Origin: an uncultured bacterium
Lineage (GTDB): Bacteria; Omnitrophota; Gorgyraeia; Zapsychrales; Aceulaceae
Assembly (NCBI GenBank): GCA_937930175.1
Contig: CALGLP010000015.1
Location: 68,174-132,173, forward strand
Length of the DNA stretch: 64,000 nt
Direction: 5' to 3'
Below, piece by piece: positions 9,980 through 18,876 of this stretch. Each line of letters begins with the position of its first letter. Within the stretch, counting starts at the first letter, position 1. The notes beneath the pieces are model-generated. The model was not told the DNA's origin, searched no databases, and worked only from the letters and a program-made list of their open reading frames with translations. The translations under genes and the position numbers were made by a program.

Positions 9980-12088
9980 ATGATTATATTCATCCTTTTA
10001 GGTTTTGTCAGTTCTATTTTCCAATTAACACTCCTTCGGGAATTTACCTTCTCGATTGCCAAAAACGAGCTCTCGCTTATCATTGCGATCGGCATTTGGA
10101 TCACGAGCTCATCCCTGGCAAGCTTTGTACGGACCAAAAAATCGCTCATCTCCAATCTCGGACTCGCTGTACTCCTGAGCCTAGGCTTTGGCGCGTGCGT
10201 TTTTCTAGCGCACGGGATCAAAAGTCTTTTTGCCTTTACTTATTATGAAAGTGTCAGCGTTGTGTTTGCGTTGGGCGCCGGATTACTTGTCATGGCGCCC
10301 ATAGGATTTTTAACCGGCTATGCCTTTTCCCAATTTAACAGTGACGCTATCAGCAAAGAAGCCGACACAACAAATCACCTAAGTCACCCCTTTGCCTACG
10401 AAGCCCTTGGCATCTTGATTGGGGGCATTCTTTTCACTTTTATTTTGTCACGCTATGACAATCCTTTAACTTTTTGTAGCTTACCTCTTTTATTAATTCC
10501 AGTAATTACAGCCAACCCCAAACAAAAGTTATTAACCGCGGTCCTTCTCATGGCTTTATCCTTTTCCTTTAGCAATAACTACATACCTTTAATCAAGCAA
10601 GAATTCCAAAATGCCCGTATTGTTGCTCGCCAGGGCTCTGTCGCCGGCCCACTCCTTGCAACAGAAAAGAATAATGCACGCAGCCTTTTCTTAAATGGCG
10701 CACTTGTAGCCACCAGCGAAGACAAAGAAACCCAAGAAGCCTTCATTCACACCCTATTCTCAACCAAAGAAAAAATCAACACCGTGCTCTGGATTGGCCC
10801 ATGCTTTTCTTCACAGCTTAGAGAAATTGAAAAATACCAAATTGAGTCGATAACATGTGTTGATCTTAACCCACGGCCTAAAGATCTTCCTTCATTTTAT
10901 GCATCCTCGCAAAACGTTCATTTTCTTAATGAAGACCCTAGGCGCTTTCTTGAGAAAAATAAAAACACCTACGACCTGATTATCATGAATATCCCAGCAC
11001 CTTCAGCCCTAGGATTGAACCGCCTGTTCACTCTTGAATTCTTTAAGGCAATCAAAAACCGCTTATCCCCAGAAGGCATTTTTGCTTTTTCGATTCCCTC
11101 CAAAAGAGATATTTTAAGCCCTTCGATCCAAAGCTTTAACTCCTGCATCATCAATACCACAAGACAAGTTTTCGCAAACATCTTGATCATTCCATCGGAT
11201 ACCATGATGCTCATCGCCTCTTCACACCCCATTACAGCCCAAGACGTGATCAAAAACTTTGAGAACAACAATAGAAAGGCTCGCTTTTTTACTTCCTTCC
11301 ACCTCAAAGACTCCCTTGATAAAGAAAAACAAAATTATGTTTTGCACATGATCGACGCCTCAATCCCTATCAACACAGATCTCAGGCCCTACGGCTTTGT
11401 TTATTATTTGTTGCTTGAGCAAACCAAATTCTTTCCACACCTTTCCTCGTCCCTTCCGCTCAAACCATTTAAAAAATATATTCTCGTCGGATTTCTCTTT
11501 GCGCTGACAACGATTGGTTTCTTTTTTTATAAACAAAAAGGGGCTTCGCTAGCCTTAAATGCTGGCATCTTTGGCTTTCTCTCGATTGGCACGAGCGCCT
11601 TGATTTATTTTCTTTTTCAACTAATTTCGGGCACCTTATTTTGGAAATTGGGAATGATCGTTGGGCTTTTTATGGGCGGAGTTGGGTTGGGCGTCTTGCT
11701 CCCTGAAGTCATTTTAAAGAAAAAAGAAATAACTTCAAAACATCTTGGCTGGCTCTTTCTCTTGTGGTTTGGCCTTTGCCTAGAAATGTTTTGCTGGGCC
11801 AACCTTCGCTGGTCTGGATTGATAGGCGAAATGATCTGGGGCAGCTTATCTTTTGAGTGCGGGATCTTAACAGGCGCAGGATATACCTTCCTTAGTCGAC
11901 TCTGGCAAAAAGAAACAAATACTCAACCAACAAGCATCGCCCCCCTAATTTATGCCTCTGACCTTGCCGGGGCAGCCCTCGGGACATTTCTTTTTTCTCT
12001 CTTCTTTATTCCTTTTTTAGGAATCAATCTGTGTTTTCTTATTTTGATCAGCGTGGTCTTTGTTGCAGGACTAAAAACTTGTGCCTAA
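9980..12088 (+). CDS. Polytopic membrane protein with a spermidine-synthase-like (PABS-fold) domain that looks non-canonical
   Basis: N-terminal multi-TM region, then VLWIGPCFSS...VDLNPR...YDLIIMNIPAPSALGLNRLFTLEFFKAIKNRLSPEGIFAF. This parallels the SpeE core (GGGDGG...DVIIVDSSDP...LFTxEFY) but with the glycine motif and catalytic Asp positions substituted. Further TM helices follow at the C-terminus. Confidence 0.5.
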   Translation: MIIFILLGFVSSIFQLTLLREFTFSIAKNELSLIIAIGIWITSSSLASFVRTKKSLISNLGLAVLLSLGFGACVFLAHGIKSLFAFTYYESVSVVFALGAGLLVMAPIGFLTGYAFSQFNSDAISKEADTTNHLSHPFAYEALGILIGGILFTFILSRYDNPLTFCSLPLLLIPVITANPKQKLLTAVLLMALSFSFSNNYIPLIKQEFQNARIVARQGSVAGPLLATEKNNARSLFLNGALVATSEDKETQEAFIHTLFSTKEKINTVLWIGPCFSSQLREIEKYQIESITCVDLNPRPKDLPSFYASSQNVHFLNEDPRRFLEKNKNTYDLIIMNIPAPSALGLNRLFTLEFFKAIKNRLSPEGIFAFSIPSKRDILSPSIQSFNSCIINTTRQVFANILIIPSDTMMLIASSHPITAQDVIKNFENNNRKARFFTSFHLKDSLDKEKQNYVLHMIDASIPINTDLRPYGFVYYLLLEQTKFFPHLSSSLPLKPFKKYILVGFLFALTTIGFFFYKQKGASLALNAGIFGFLSIGTSALIYFLFQLISGTLFWKLGMIVGLFMGGVGLGVLLPEVILKKKEITSKHLGWLFLLWFGLCLEMFCWANLRWSGLIGEMIWGSLSFECGILTGAGYTFLSRLWQKETNTQPTSIAPLIYASDLAGAALGTFLFSLFFIPFLGINLCFLILISVVFVAGLKTCA

Positions 12089-14361
12089 TGCCAAATGCCA
12101 GGAACCAAGTGTTGACAGACAGGACAATGGCCATCGGTGATATGATTTTCTAAAACAGTGTAACCGACCCGCTTGATCAAGAGCTTACCGCACACAGGAC
12201 AAAAAATACTTTCCCCTTCTGTATCAGGAACATTGCCAATATAGACAAACTCAAGCCCTGCCTTTTTTGCAATTGTATAGGCGCGTTTTAACGTTGCCAC
12301 AGGTGTCGGCGATAAATCAACAAGTTTATACATTGGATAAAAACGGGAAAAATGAATAGGCGTCTGCGCCCCCAAATTATCCTTAACCCACAAGCAAAGA
12401 TTAGCGATCATTTCATCGCTATCATTGGCACCGGGAATAAGGAGATTGGTAATCTCAACCCAAACACCTTCTTCTTTTAAAATCTTCAATGTATTTAACA
12501 CTGTTTCTAGGTGACCACCTGTCAAGCTTGTATAAAACTTTTCATCAAAACCTTTCAGATCGATATTCGCGGCTAAAAGATACTGGGAAAGCTCGCGCAA
12601 AGGAGCATCGTTGATAAATCCAGCCGAATGCATGACACACGCAACACCTTCCTGACGGGCCACTCTAGCGATATCCAGCATATATTCATAAAAAATCGTG
12701 GGCTCGGTATACGTAAAAGCAATCGTTTTTGCGCCTGCGGCTTTGGCTCTGACCACAATGTCTTGCGGTGTAACATACTCGCCATTCACCTCGTCCGCGT
12801 CAAGTTGAGAGATCTCCCAATTCTGACAAAATTTGCATCGCAGATTACATCCAGCTGTGGCCAGAGAAAATGATTTTGTGCCAGGAAAAACATGAGCAAA
12901 AGGTTTCTTTTCAATAGGATCCACGTGCAGCGCCACAGGCTGGCCATAGGTCAAAGCGTAAAGCTTCCCGTTGATATTTTTACGTGCGCGGCAAAAACCA
13001 AATTCCTTTTTGTTGATCACGCAACGATGTGGACAAAGCTCACATTGCACCAAACCATTGGCTAATGATTTGAAAAAACTAGCCAGGTGAAAAGAGACTT
13101 CGGTGCTCACCGCGTGCGCCGATGCCTGCCCTTCGCTTGCAGGCTTGGCTTTTGCCAAAACAAACACGCTGGTAAAGATCAGAACAATCACAACAATAGC
13201 AATCTGCAGCTTGCTTGCCTTGCCGCCTTTGCTTAGAAAGCTTTCAAGTATTGTTCCCGTAGGGCAAATAAATTGACACCAAAACCGAGGAGAAAATACC
13301 GAAACAAATAAAAAAAGAATAAATATTCCAAGCGTCACCCAAGGAACATGGGTCATGGTGAAAGCAAAAAAGGGCTCAAAGAAATGAAGCCTAACCCCCA
13401 CTCCGCCAAGGATCAGCCCAACAATAACAAAAAGATAGCCAACCTTAAGCCAGCGCAAAGCCTGAGCCTGGCAAGAAGTAACAACAATTTTCTTCTTTTG
13501 CAATTGCCCCAGGATTTCTTGAAAAGATCCGTAGGGACAAACATGCGTACAATAAAAATTTTTATTTCGCCATAATGCCATAACTACCGTGATAACAAAA
13601 ATCCAAAACGTTATATCACGCCAAGGAATGCCCTGAGAAATCCATCCGTCCAACAGCGACAGCGTAAGCATTTGGGCTGTCAAAAATCCGAGAATCATCA
13701 CATTGCTGATCAAGAGAACAAGACGCCAGGACCTCGGAGTACTCGTGCGAAAAAAGGTCAACAAGGAAAACATCAAGGCCGCAAGGGCTAAAAGATATTT
13801 CCAAGAAAAAACCAAGCCTGGCGCCGACAAAGAAGCAAAAGCATCATCCCTTGAAAGCAAAGCAAGGCGCTTTTGGAAAGCGTTGATAATCGCTTGTGTT
13901 GTGCGCGTCGCGCCGGTGACAGCGTCCACTTTTTTACCTAACGCTTGCGTAACATCAAGTCCATTCCACGATGCAAAAAACTTCTTTCCCTCTAAAAAAT
14001 CAACAACATCCGGGGTCTCATGATGATCGGCCAAAGACACCCCCACAATGCGCCCATCAAGGCTTGCGCCGATGCCAAGATGGACAGCTCCCCCATAGCC
14101 TTGTTCTTGCACAAAGGGATTTGTAAAAATAATTCTCCCTAAGGAGTTTTTTTCTGCATCAAAAACTATAGACCAGCCTTGCTCGTTTACGCAAGGCTGA
14201 AAAGACGCCGCTTGTGGAAAAATCCTTTGAACCGGAGGAAGCAGATGCGCAGAATCATCTGAAGACGCTTTGGATAAAGGTAAAACCGCTTGCTGATGAG
14301 AAATAAAAATAAGCGCGACAACAATAAAAAAAATACCCAAAGATAAAAACCTTTTATGCAT
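12085..14361 (-). CDS. Fusion protein: a periplasmic FMN-binding domain (NosR/NqrC/RnfG-type) and a NapH/NosR-like CX3CP membrane domain joined to a PflA-like (AmmeMemoRadiSam-type) radical SAM domain
   Basis: DAVTGATRTT matches the flavinylation motif D-x-x-(S/T)-G-A-T. Two TM-embedded CX3CP motifs are present (CTHVCPYG, CQFICPTG). The radical-SAM cluster motif CNLRCKFC (CX3CX2C) follows. N-terminal CELCPHRC and C-terminal CPVCG...CPVCQH cysteine pairs are typical of AmmeMemoRadiSam/PflA-like activases. AGGAG RBS upstream of the ATG at 14361. Confidence 0.65.
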   Translation of the reverse strand: MHKRFLSLGIFFIVVALIFISHQQAVLPLSKASSDDSAHLLPPVQRIFPQAASFQPCVNEQGWSIVFDAEKNSLGRIIFTNPFVQEQGYGGAVHLGIGASLDGRIVGVSLADHHETPDVVDFLEGKKFFASWNGLDVTQALGKKVDAVTGATRTTQAIINAFQKRLALLSRDDAFASLSAPGLVFSWKYLLALAALMFSLLTFFRTSTPRSWRLVLLISNVMILGFLTAQMLTLSLLDGWISQGIPWRDITFWIFVITVVMALWRNKNFYCTHVCPYGSFQEILGQLQKKKIVVTSCQAQALRWLKVGYLFVIVGLILGGVGVRLHFFEPFFAFTMTHVPWVTLGIFILFLFVSVFSPRFWCQFICPTGTILESFLSKGGKASKLQIAIVVIVLIFTSVFVLAKAKPASEGQASAHAVSTEVSFHLASFFKSLANGLVQCELCPHRCVINKKEFGFCRARKNINGKLYALTYGQPVALHVDPIEKKPFAHVFPGTKSFSLATAGCNLRCKFCQNWEISQLDADEVNGEYVTPQDIVVRAKAAGAKTIAFTYTEPTIFYEYMLDIARVARQEGVACVMHSAGFINDAPLRELSQYLLAANIDLKGFDEKFYTSLTGGHLETVLNTLKILKEEGVWVEITNLLIPGANDSDEMIANLCLWVKDNLGAQTPIHFSRFYPMYKLVDLSPTPVATLKRAYTIAKKAGLEFVYIGNVPDTEGESIFCPVCGKLLIKRVGYTVLENHITDGHCPVCQHLVPGIWH

Positions 14362-14394
14362 TACACTCCTTTTCTTTGTTCTCTATTCTCTATT

Positions 14395-15900
14395 CTATCT
14401 GGAAGCCTTGCGTTTAGCAAATAAGGAAAACCCGAAATATGCTGCCAAGGCAAACCCATAATAAACCAAAACCACAACAAAAGGAACTTGAGGCAGTTTA
14501 AAATAAGCACCCGGAATAGCCACAAGAAGATAATTGATCTTAAAAAAGAGGAGGATCAAAAACTCATTACTAGCCCCTAAGATCGGCGCCAGACAAGGAA
14601 ACGGGATGCCGATGAGCGCCAAGCTTAATCCTGCAATGATCATCACCGTCGCCAAAGGAACAACAAACATGTTGGCCAAGACAGCAATCGGTGTGATGAT
14701 CTTAAAATAATAAGCGATCAAAGGCAAGAGCCCTACCCAAGCCGCTAAAGACACGGAAAAGGTAAGAATAAAAAAGTAAACCCACCCGATCACCCTCCAT
14801 TTCTGTGGAAAAAAAGATTCAATCTTAGGCGTAAGCCAAGCAATAAAAACAATGCTTAAAAAAGAAAGCTGAAAACTAATCCCAAAAAGCTGACACGGAT
14901 TAACAACAAGGATGCTGATGGCTGCCAAGGCTAGCGAATTATAAATATGGACTTCCCGCTCGAAAATATAGCCCAAAAGCAAAATAATCGCCATAATCGT
15001 GGCACGAACAACCGGCGCGTTAGAACCTGTCAAAAGACAATGAAGGATCAACAATGCGATTGCGAGAACGTAACGTGGACGTCGTGGAATTCTCATCACC
15101 TTAAGAACAAGCAAGATAATAAAAGCCACGATGCCCACATTAAAACCTGAAATCGCAATAATATGAACAACGCCTAAATTCACCATCACATCCATAACGT
15201 AATCAGGCAAATCTTGCCGATCCCCTAAAATAAAAGCATTCATAACCCCTGCACAAAAAGAAGACATGTTCCGTGCGATAACATGGCGTATTTTGTGTTT
15301 GATACGAAATGAGAAAGCCTTCAGGGGATTGCCGACTTCTTGCGCTAATCGCTTAAAAATACTTCCCTTTTTAATGCTTAAGATCGAATAAATCCCCTGA
15401 CGCGCTAAATATCTCCTGTAATCAAAATCTTTAGAAAACGAAAAGGGGCGATACACCTTGCCGACAAAAAGAAAACGGTCGCCGTAGACAAATGTCCCTT
15501 TAGCAAAAACCTTGGTCAGGACTTTGCCACACGTCGGTTTCCACACACCATTCACCTTGAGCTTCTCTGCCCTCAAAATAAAAGACGTATTTCTTTGCTG
15601 ATTGGCCGGATCGCTATCGATCACGCCGATCAGGAATACAGAATCCTCCTTAAACGGAATGCGCTTAGCGATATGATGACTAGGCAGGATTTGGGCGTTG
15701 CGTAATAAGGCCGCACCCAAGAAAAAGGCTGCAACAAGAAATACAATTCTAAAAAGAAAAAAGTGTCGGATGAGCAAGAGGCTTACGAACAAACATAAAA
15801 GTGCTGAGGAAGAAAAAAGAAGAAAAGAGGCCTGAAAAGATTCAGCCGCAAATATTCCTAAACAGAAACTTAGACAGATGCTAACAAATGGATACGTCAT
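14395..15900 (-). CDS. comEC: ComEC/Rec2 family competence channel protein, without a metallo-β-lactamase domain
   Basis: Polytopic membrane protein with a DUF4131-like N-terminus (DFDYRRYLARQGIY) and a competence domain (HIIAISGFNVGIVAF...LLLGYI). Directly downstream of comEA. Confidence 0.75.
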   Translation of the reverse strand: MTYPFVSICLSFCLGIFAAESFQASFLLFSSSALLCLFVSLLLIRHFFLFRIVFLVAAFFLGAALLRNAQILPSHHIAKRIPFKEDSVFLIGVIDSDPANQQRNTSFILRAEKLKVNGVWKPTCGKVLTKVFAKGTFVYGDRFLFVGKVYRPFSFSKDFDYRRYLARQGIYSILSIKKGSIFKRLAQEVGNPLKAFSFRIKHKIRHVIARNMSSFCAGVMNAFILGDRQDLPDYVMDVMVNLGVVHIIAISGFNVGIVAFIILLVLKVMRIPRRPRYVLAIALLILHCLLTGSNAPVVRATIMAIILLLGYIFEREVHIYNSLALAAISILVVNPCQLFGISFQLSFLSIVFIAWLTPKIESFFPQKWRVIGWVYFFILTFSVSLAAWVGLLPLIAYYFKIITPIAVLANMFVVPLATVMIIAGLSLALIGIPFPCLAPILGASNEFLILLFFKINYLLVAIPGAYFKLPQVPFVVVLVYYGFALAAYFGFSLFAKRKASR

Positions 15901-16243
15901 CAAGGCACAACAGTTAAGTATTTTTCAATGATGTCAAATTTAAACTTTCCAACTCCCTTGATATAACGGATATCACTTAGATCCTTCAACCTTCCCTTTT
16001 CTTCTCTCAAGCGAAGGATGCTCTGAGCTGTTTTATCGCCGACATAAGGAATGCCGACCAAATCTTCAAGGGTTGCTTTGTTCACATCAATCTTAAGATG
16101 CCCAGGAACTTCACTGCCTGCGCTGTTAAGAAATTTCTTTGTCGCAAAATTTGTTTTCAAAAGATAATTGGACAAAATACCAAGCAAAAGAACAGCGCCC
16201 AAACATACAAAAGCTAAGCGTTCTTCTTTCGTCAGCGATAACA
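15900..16243 (-). CDS. comEA: ComEA helix-hairpin-helix DNA-binding competence protein
   Basis: N-terminal TM anchor, then an HhH region: IDVNKATLEDLVGIPYVGDKTAQSIL...IKGVGKFKF. ATG at 16243; the ORF-track start at 16298 is TTG. Confidence 0.7.
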
Positions 16244-16317
16244 TAGATGTAAAATCTCTAAGGTTAAGGTAATTCGACTTCTTCAACAAAAAAGCCAACG
16301 CTTTAAAAAATCTTTTG

Positions 16318-17586
16318 CTAAACTACTTTTTCTCGTTCTTTGTCTGAAAAAAGGCTAATAACGCCATATTCTCCGTCATAACCAGGCGCGATGGACACCC
16401 GGCCTTCACGCATGCGATGAATGCCTTCGGCGAGCAATGCACCACCAATTTGCTTGATCGCATCTAAAGGGATGTCATTTAAAATGCTTATTTCATTTCC
16501 TAATTTTGACAATAGGCGATAAAAAAGTTCTTGGACTGGTTTCGAGGTGGGCCCAACACCCTTGCCCTCGGCAATAATTTCTTCAAGCGGAATCAGACTT
16601 TGAAAAGCCCGAGCGCGCGCACCCTTTTCCCCTTGCGGTCGATCTGCCAATTCTTCCACCCGCGCCATGACACCGACGGTCACAGGCTTGCCGCATTTAG
16701 GACACAATCCTTTGTTTTGAATTGTCTCTTGGGGCGTTAAACGCATACCGCAGTCACGATGTCCATCGTAATGGTACTTTCCTTCTTCAGGAAAAAATTC
16801 TAAGGTCCCTAAAAATCCTTTATCCTCTTTATTGGCAAGCGCAGAATAAATACCAGGATAAGAAAATGCTGTATCAAAAATATTAGCCTCACGCCCAAGT
16901 TTAGAAGCAGAATGAGCGTCCGAATTAGAAATCAGGACACAACTATCAAGCTGACTTAAACGCCAATTCATCAACGGATCCGACGAAAGTCCTGTCTCAA
17001 GGGCAAAAATATGTTTTGTGAGATCGCCGAAACAGTCTTCCATCTTGTCGAATCCACCCTTGGAGCCCAGCATCGAAAACCATGGGGTCCAGATATGCGC
17101 TGGCACCAGAAAAGATTGGGGATGCGACGCAAGGGTGATCTCAAGAAGATCTCGTGAATCAAGGCCGAGGATAGGGCGTCCATCCGAATAAATATTGCCA
17201 ATCTTTTTCATTGTTTTCTGCAGGCTCTGGGCCACCTCAAGGCTTGGCACAAAAACAACATTGTGCACCTTACGCACCTTGTCCAAACGCTTATAAATGC
17301 TTGCGATCTCAACCGAAAGAACAAAACGCACCTCCCCGCGACAAGCCGGAGAAACTTCCAGATCAATCTTTTTTGCGTATGCAGGTTTTAATTTGAAAAA
17401 ACCTTCTTCGGCAGGGACAAGTTTTTCTTTGATTTCTTTAAACCACGCGGGATGAAGAAAATCTCCTGTGGAAACAACTTGAAGGCCTTTGAGCTGAGCC
17501 CAGCGATAAAGCGCTTCAAGATTGAGATCTTTACTTGTTGCCCGGGAATATTTGGAATGGATGTGAAGATCCGCGTAGAATTTCAT
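16318..17586 (-). CDS. PHP (polymerase/histidinol-phosphatase) domain protein, TIGR00375-like
   Basis: N-terminal MKFYADLHIHSKYSRATS metal-binding motif of PHP domains. Further His/Asp residues occur along the 422-aa sequence. Confidence 0.55.
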   Translation of the reverse strand: MKFYADLHIHSKYSRATSKDLNLEALYRWAQLKGLQVVSTGDFLHPAWFKEIKEKLVPAEEGFFKLKPAYAKKIDLEVSPACRGEVRFVLSVEIASIYKRLDKVRKVHNVVFVPSLEVAQSLQKTMKKIGNIYSDGRPILGLDSRDLLEITLASHPQSFLVPAHIWTPWFSMLGSKGGFDKMEDCFGDLTKHIFALETGLSSDPLMNWRLSQLDSCVLISNSDAHSASKLGREANIFDTAFSYPGIYSALANKEDKGFLGTLEFFPEEGKYHYDGHRDCGMRLTPQETIQNKGLCPKCGKPVTVGVMARVEELADRPQGEKGARARAFQSLIPLEEIIAEGKGVGPTSKPVQELFYRLLSKLGNEISILNDIPLDAIKQIGGALLAEGIHRMREGRVSIAPGYDGEYGVISLFSDKEREKVV

Positions 17587-17592
17587 AAATGA

Positions 17593-17648
17593 GCCCCGCC
17601 CTGGCGGGGCGAATTTATCCCAGGGAGCGCTAGCGACCGCGGGATTTC
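17593..17648 (-). repeat. Intergenic element copy 2: a GC hairpin (GCCCCGCC..GGCGGGGC) next to the conserved motif CCCAGGGAGCGCTAGCGACCGCG
   Basis: Same motif and arrangement as 2093..2153. The hairpin ends 3 nt before the ATG of the PHP gene and covers its only G-rich SD-like sequence. It may also terminate the hemerythrin gene. Confidence 0.5.
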
Positions 17649-17713
17649 CTTTGTCTAAATTTATTCCACATATTCAAAGAATGTGTCGAAGACAATGGTT
17701 TCTATACTAGCGC

Positions 17714-18121
17714 CTAAGCAACACCCTTTTCATTAAAAAATGCGCGATATTTCATATCCACATAAAGAAGATGATGATGGATCCAGTTCACTAAAAATGA
17801 AATAAGCTCGATGGAAATCGCGCTCTTTCCACTCTCAAACTGCTGCTTAAATGCTAACACTTTCGCGGTACATTCCTCATGCTCGCGCTTATGCTCCTGA
17901 TATCCCGGAAAATCAAATTTGACCATCAATTCTTCCTCAGTCGAAAAATGAAACGTCACGTAGTCAACCATCCGCTCAAAGATGCTAGCCAAATTCTTTG
18001 AACTTTCTCCCTGTATAATGGAATCATAAAGAAGATTAACAGTCTCCACCAATTTTTTATGCTGCTCATCAACAATCTTAATGTTCACTTCAAAACTTGG
18101 TTCCCAAAGAAATGTAGGCAT
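17714..18121 (-). CDS. Bacteriohemerythrin-like protein
   Basis: Hemerythrin metal-ligand pattern: IVDEQHKKL...HF..EE...H..EH...WIHHHLLYVD (H-HxxxE-H-HxxxE-H-HxxxxD). Confidence 0.7.
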   Translation of the reverse strand: MPTFLWEPSFEVNIKIVDEQHKKLVETVNLLYDSIIQGESSKNLASIFERMVDYVTFHFSTEEELMVKFDFPGYQEHKREHEECTAKVLAFKQQFESGKSAISIELISFLVNWIHHHLLYVDMKYRAFFNEKGVA

Positions 18122-18215
18122 ATCTCACTTTCTATTTGCAACTTGATTGATCTTTAATTTCTTTTCTTGTAAAGCAATCCATCCTAAATTCTGACCATAC
18201 CTGCAACAATCAAGC

Positions 18216-18851
18216 CTACTCACGCTCCTTCACAATAAAATCCTGAAAATATTCTTGGCTTCTTAAAAACCTAAAAACCATGAGCAGCGGGACGCCAATT
18301 AACGATAACAAACTCACAAGAGGAAAGAACGGACAAAGACAAACAGCAATCAAGGGAAACAGAACGCAAAGCCCCGAGACCCTTCTGTTGGCCACGATCA
18401 CTTTTCTGTTAAGCGCTGGGTCCACCAAGCGATGATGATCAGTGGCATAAGCCCAATGGATATACAAAAAAATAGTGACGATAAGAATGTTCATTTCAAA
18501 AATAAAAACAGGAAAAATAAACTTTTCATGATTGCCCAGCATCAGAGTCGAGAACGGCAAAAAAGTAACAAACATCAGCCAGAGGAAGCTTAAAAAGACG
18601 GACACAGAGTCAGCATGCTTAATAAAATGCGACTGGCGATGATGCTCGAACCACAGCACCCCCAAAAGAAGAAAACAGATCACATACGCAAAGAAATCAT
18701 TGCCAAGACTTGCAAATAACTGATAAAAAGCATCTTCACTTACAACATCTTTTAAGTCAAAAGCCTCGCTAAAACTCAGCATCAAGACAGTCAGGACAAT
18801 CGCAAAGACACCGTCGACTAATGCCTCCAACCGGTTCGTCCTAAGCTTCAT
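18216..18851 (-). CDS. TMEM175/DUF1211 family membrane protein (putative K+ channel family)
   Basis: Signature RLEALVDGVFAIVLTVLML near the N-terminus, followed by about 6 TM helices. GGAAGGGGAG RBS upstream of the ATG at 18851. Confidence 0.55.
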   Translation of the reverse strand: MKLRTNRLEALVDGVFAIVLTVLMLSFSEAFDLKDVVSEDAFYQLFASLGNDFFAYVICFLLLGVLWFEHHRQSHFIKHADSVSVFLSFLWLMFVTFLPFSTLMLGNHEKFIFPVFIFEMNILIVTIFLYIHWAYATDHHRLVDPALNRKVIVANRRVSGLCVLFPLIAVCLCPFFPLVSLLSLIGVPLLMVFRFLRSQEYFQDFIVKERE

Positions 18852-18876
18852 CACAAACTCCCCTTCCTTGCCTTCT

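Noticed and set aside
9955-10248. Two overlapping 88-92-aa ORFs at the start of the SpeE-like gene
   Set aside because: They overlap the divergent promoter and 5' end of a well-supported 702-aa gene. They have no RBS and low-complexity translations.
10969-11307. 112-aa antisense ORF within the SpeE-like gene, and 9448..9693 within the CcdA-like gene
   Set aside because: Both are embedded antisense in genes with consistent TM and motif structure, with no independent support.
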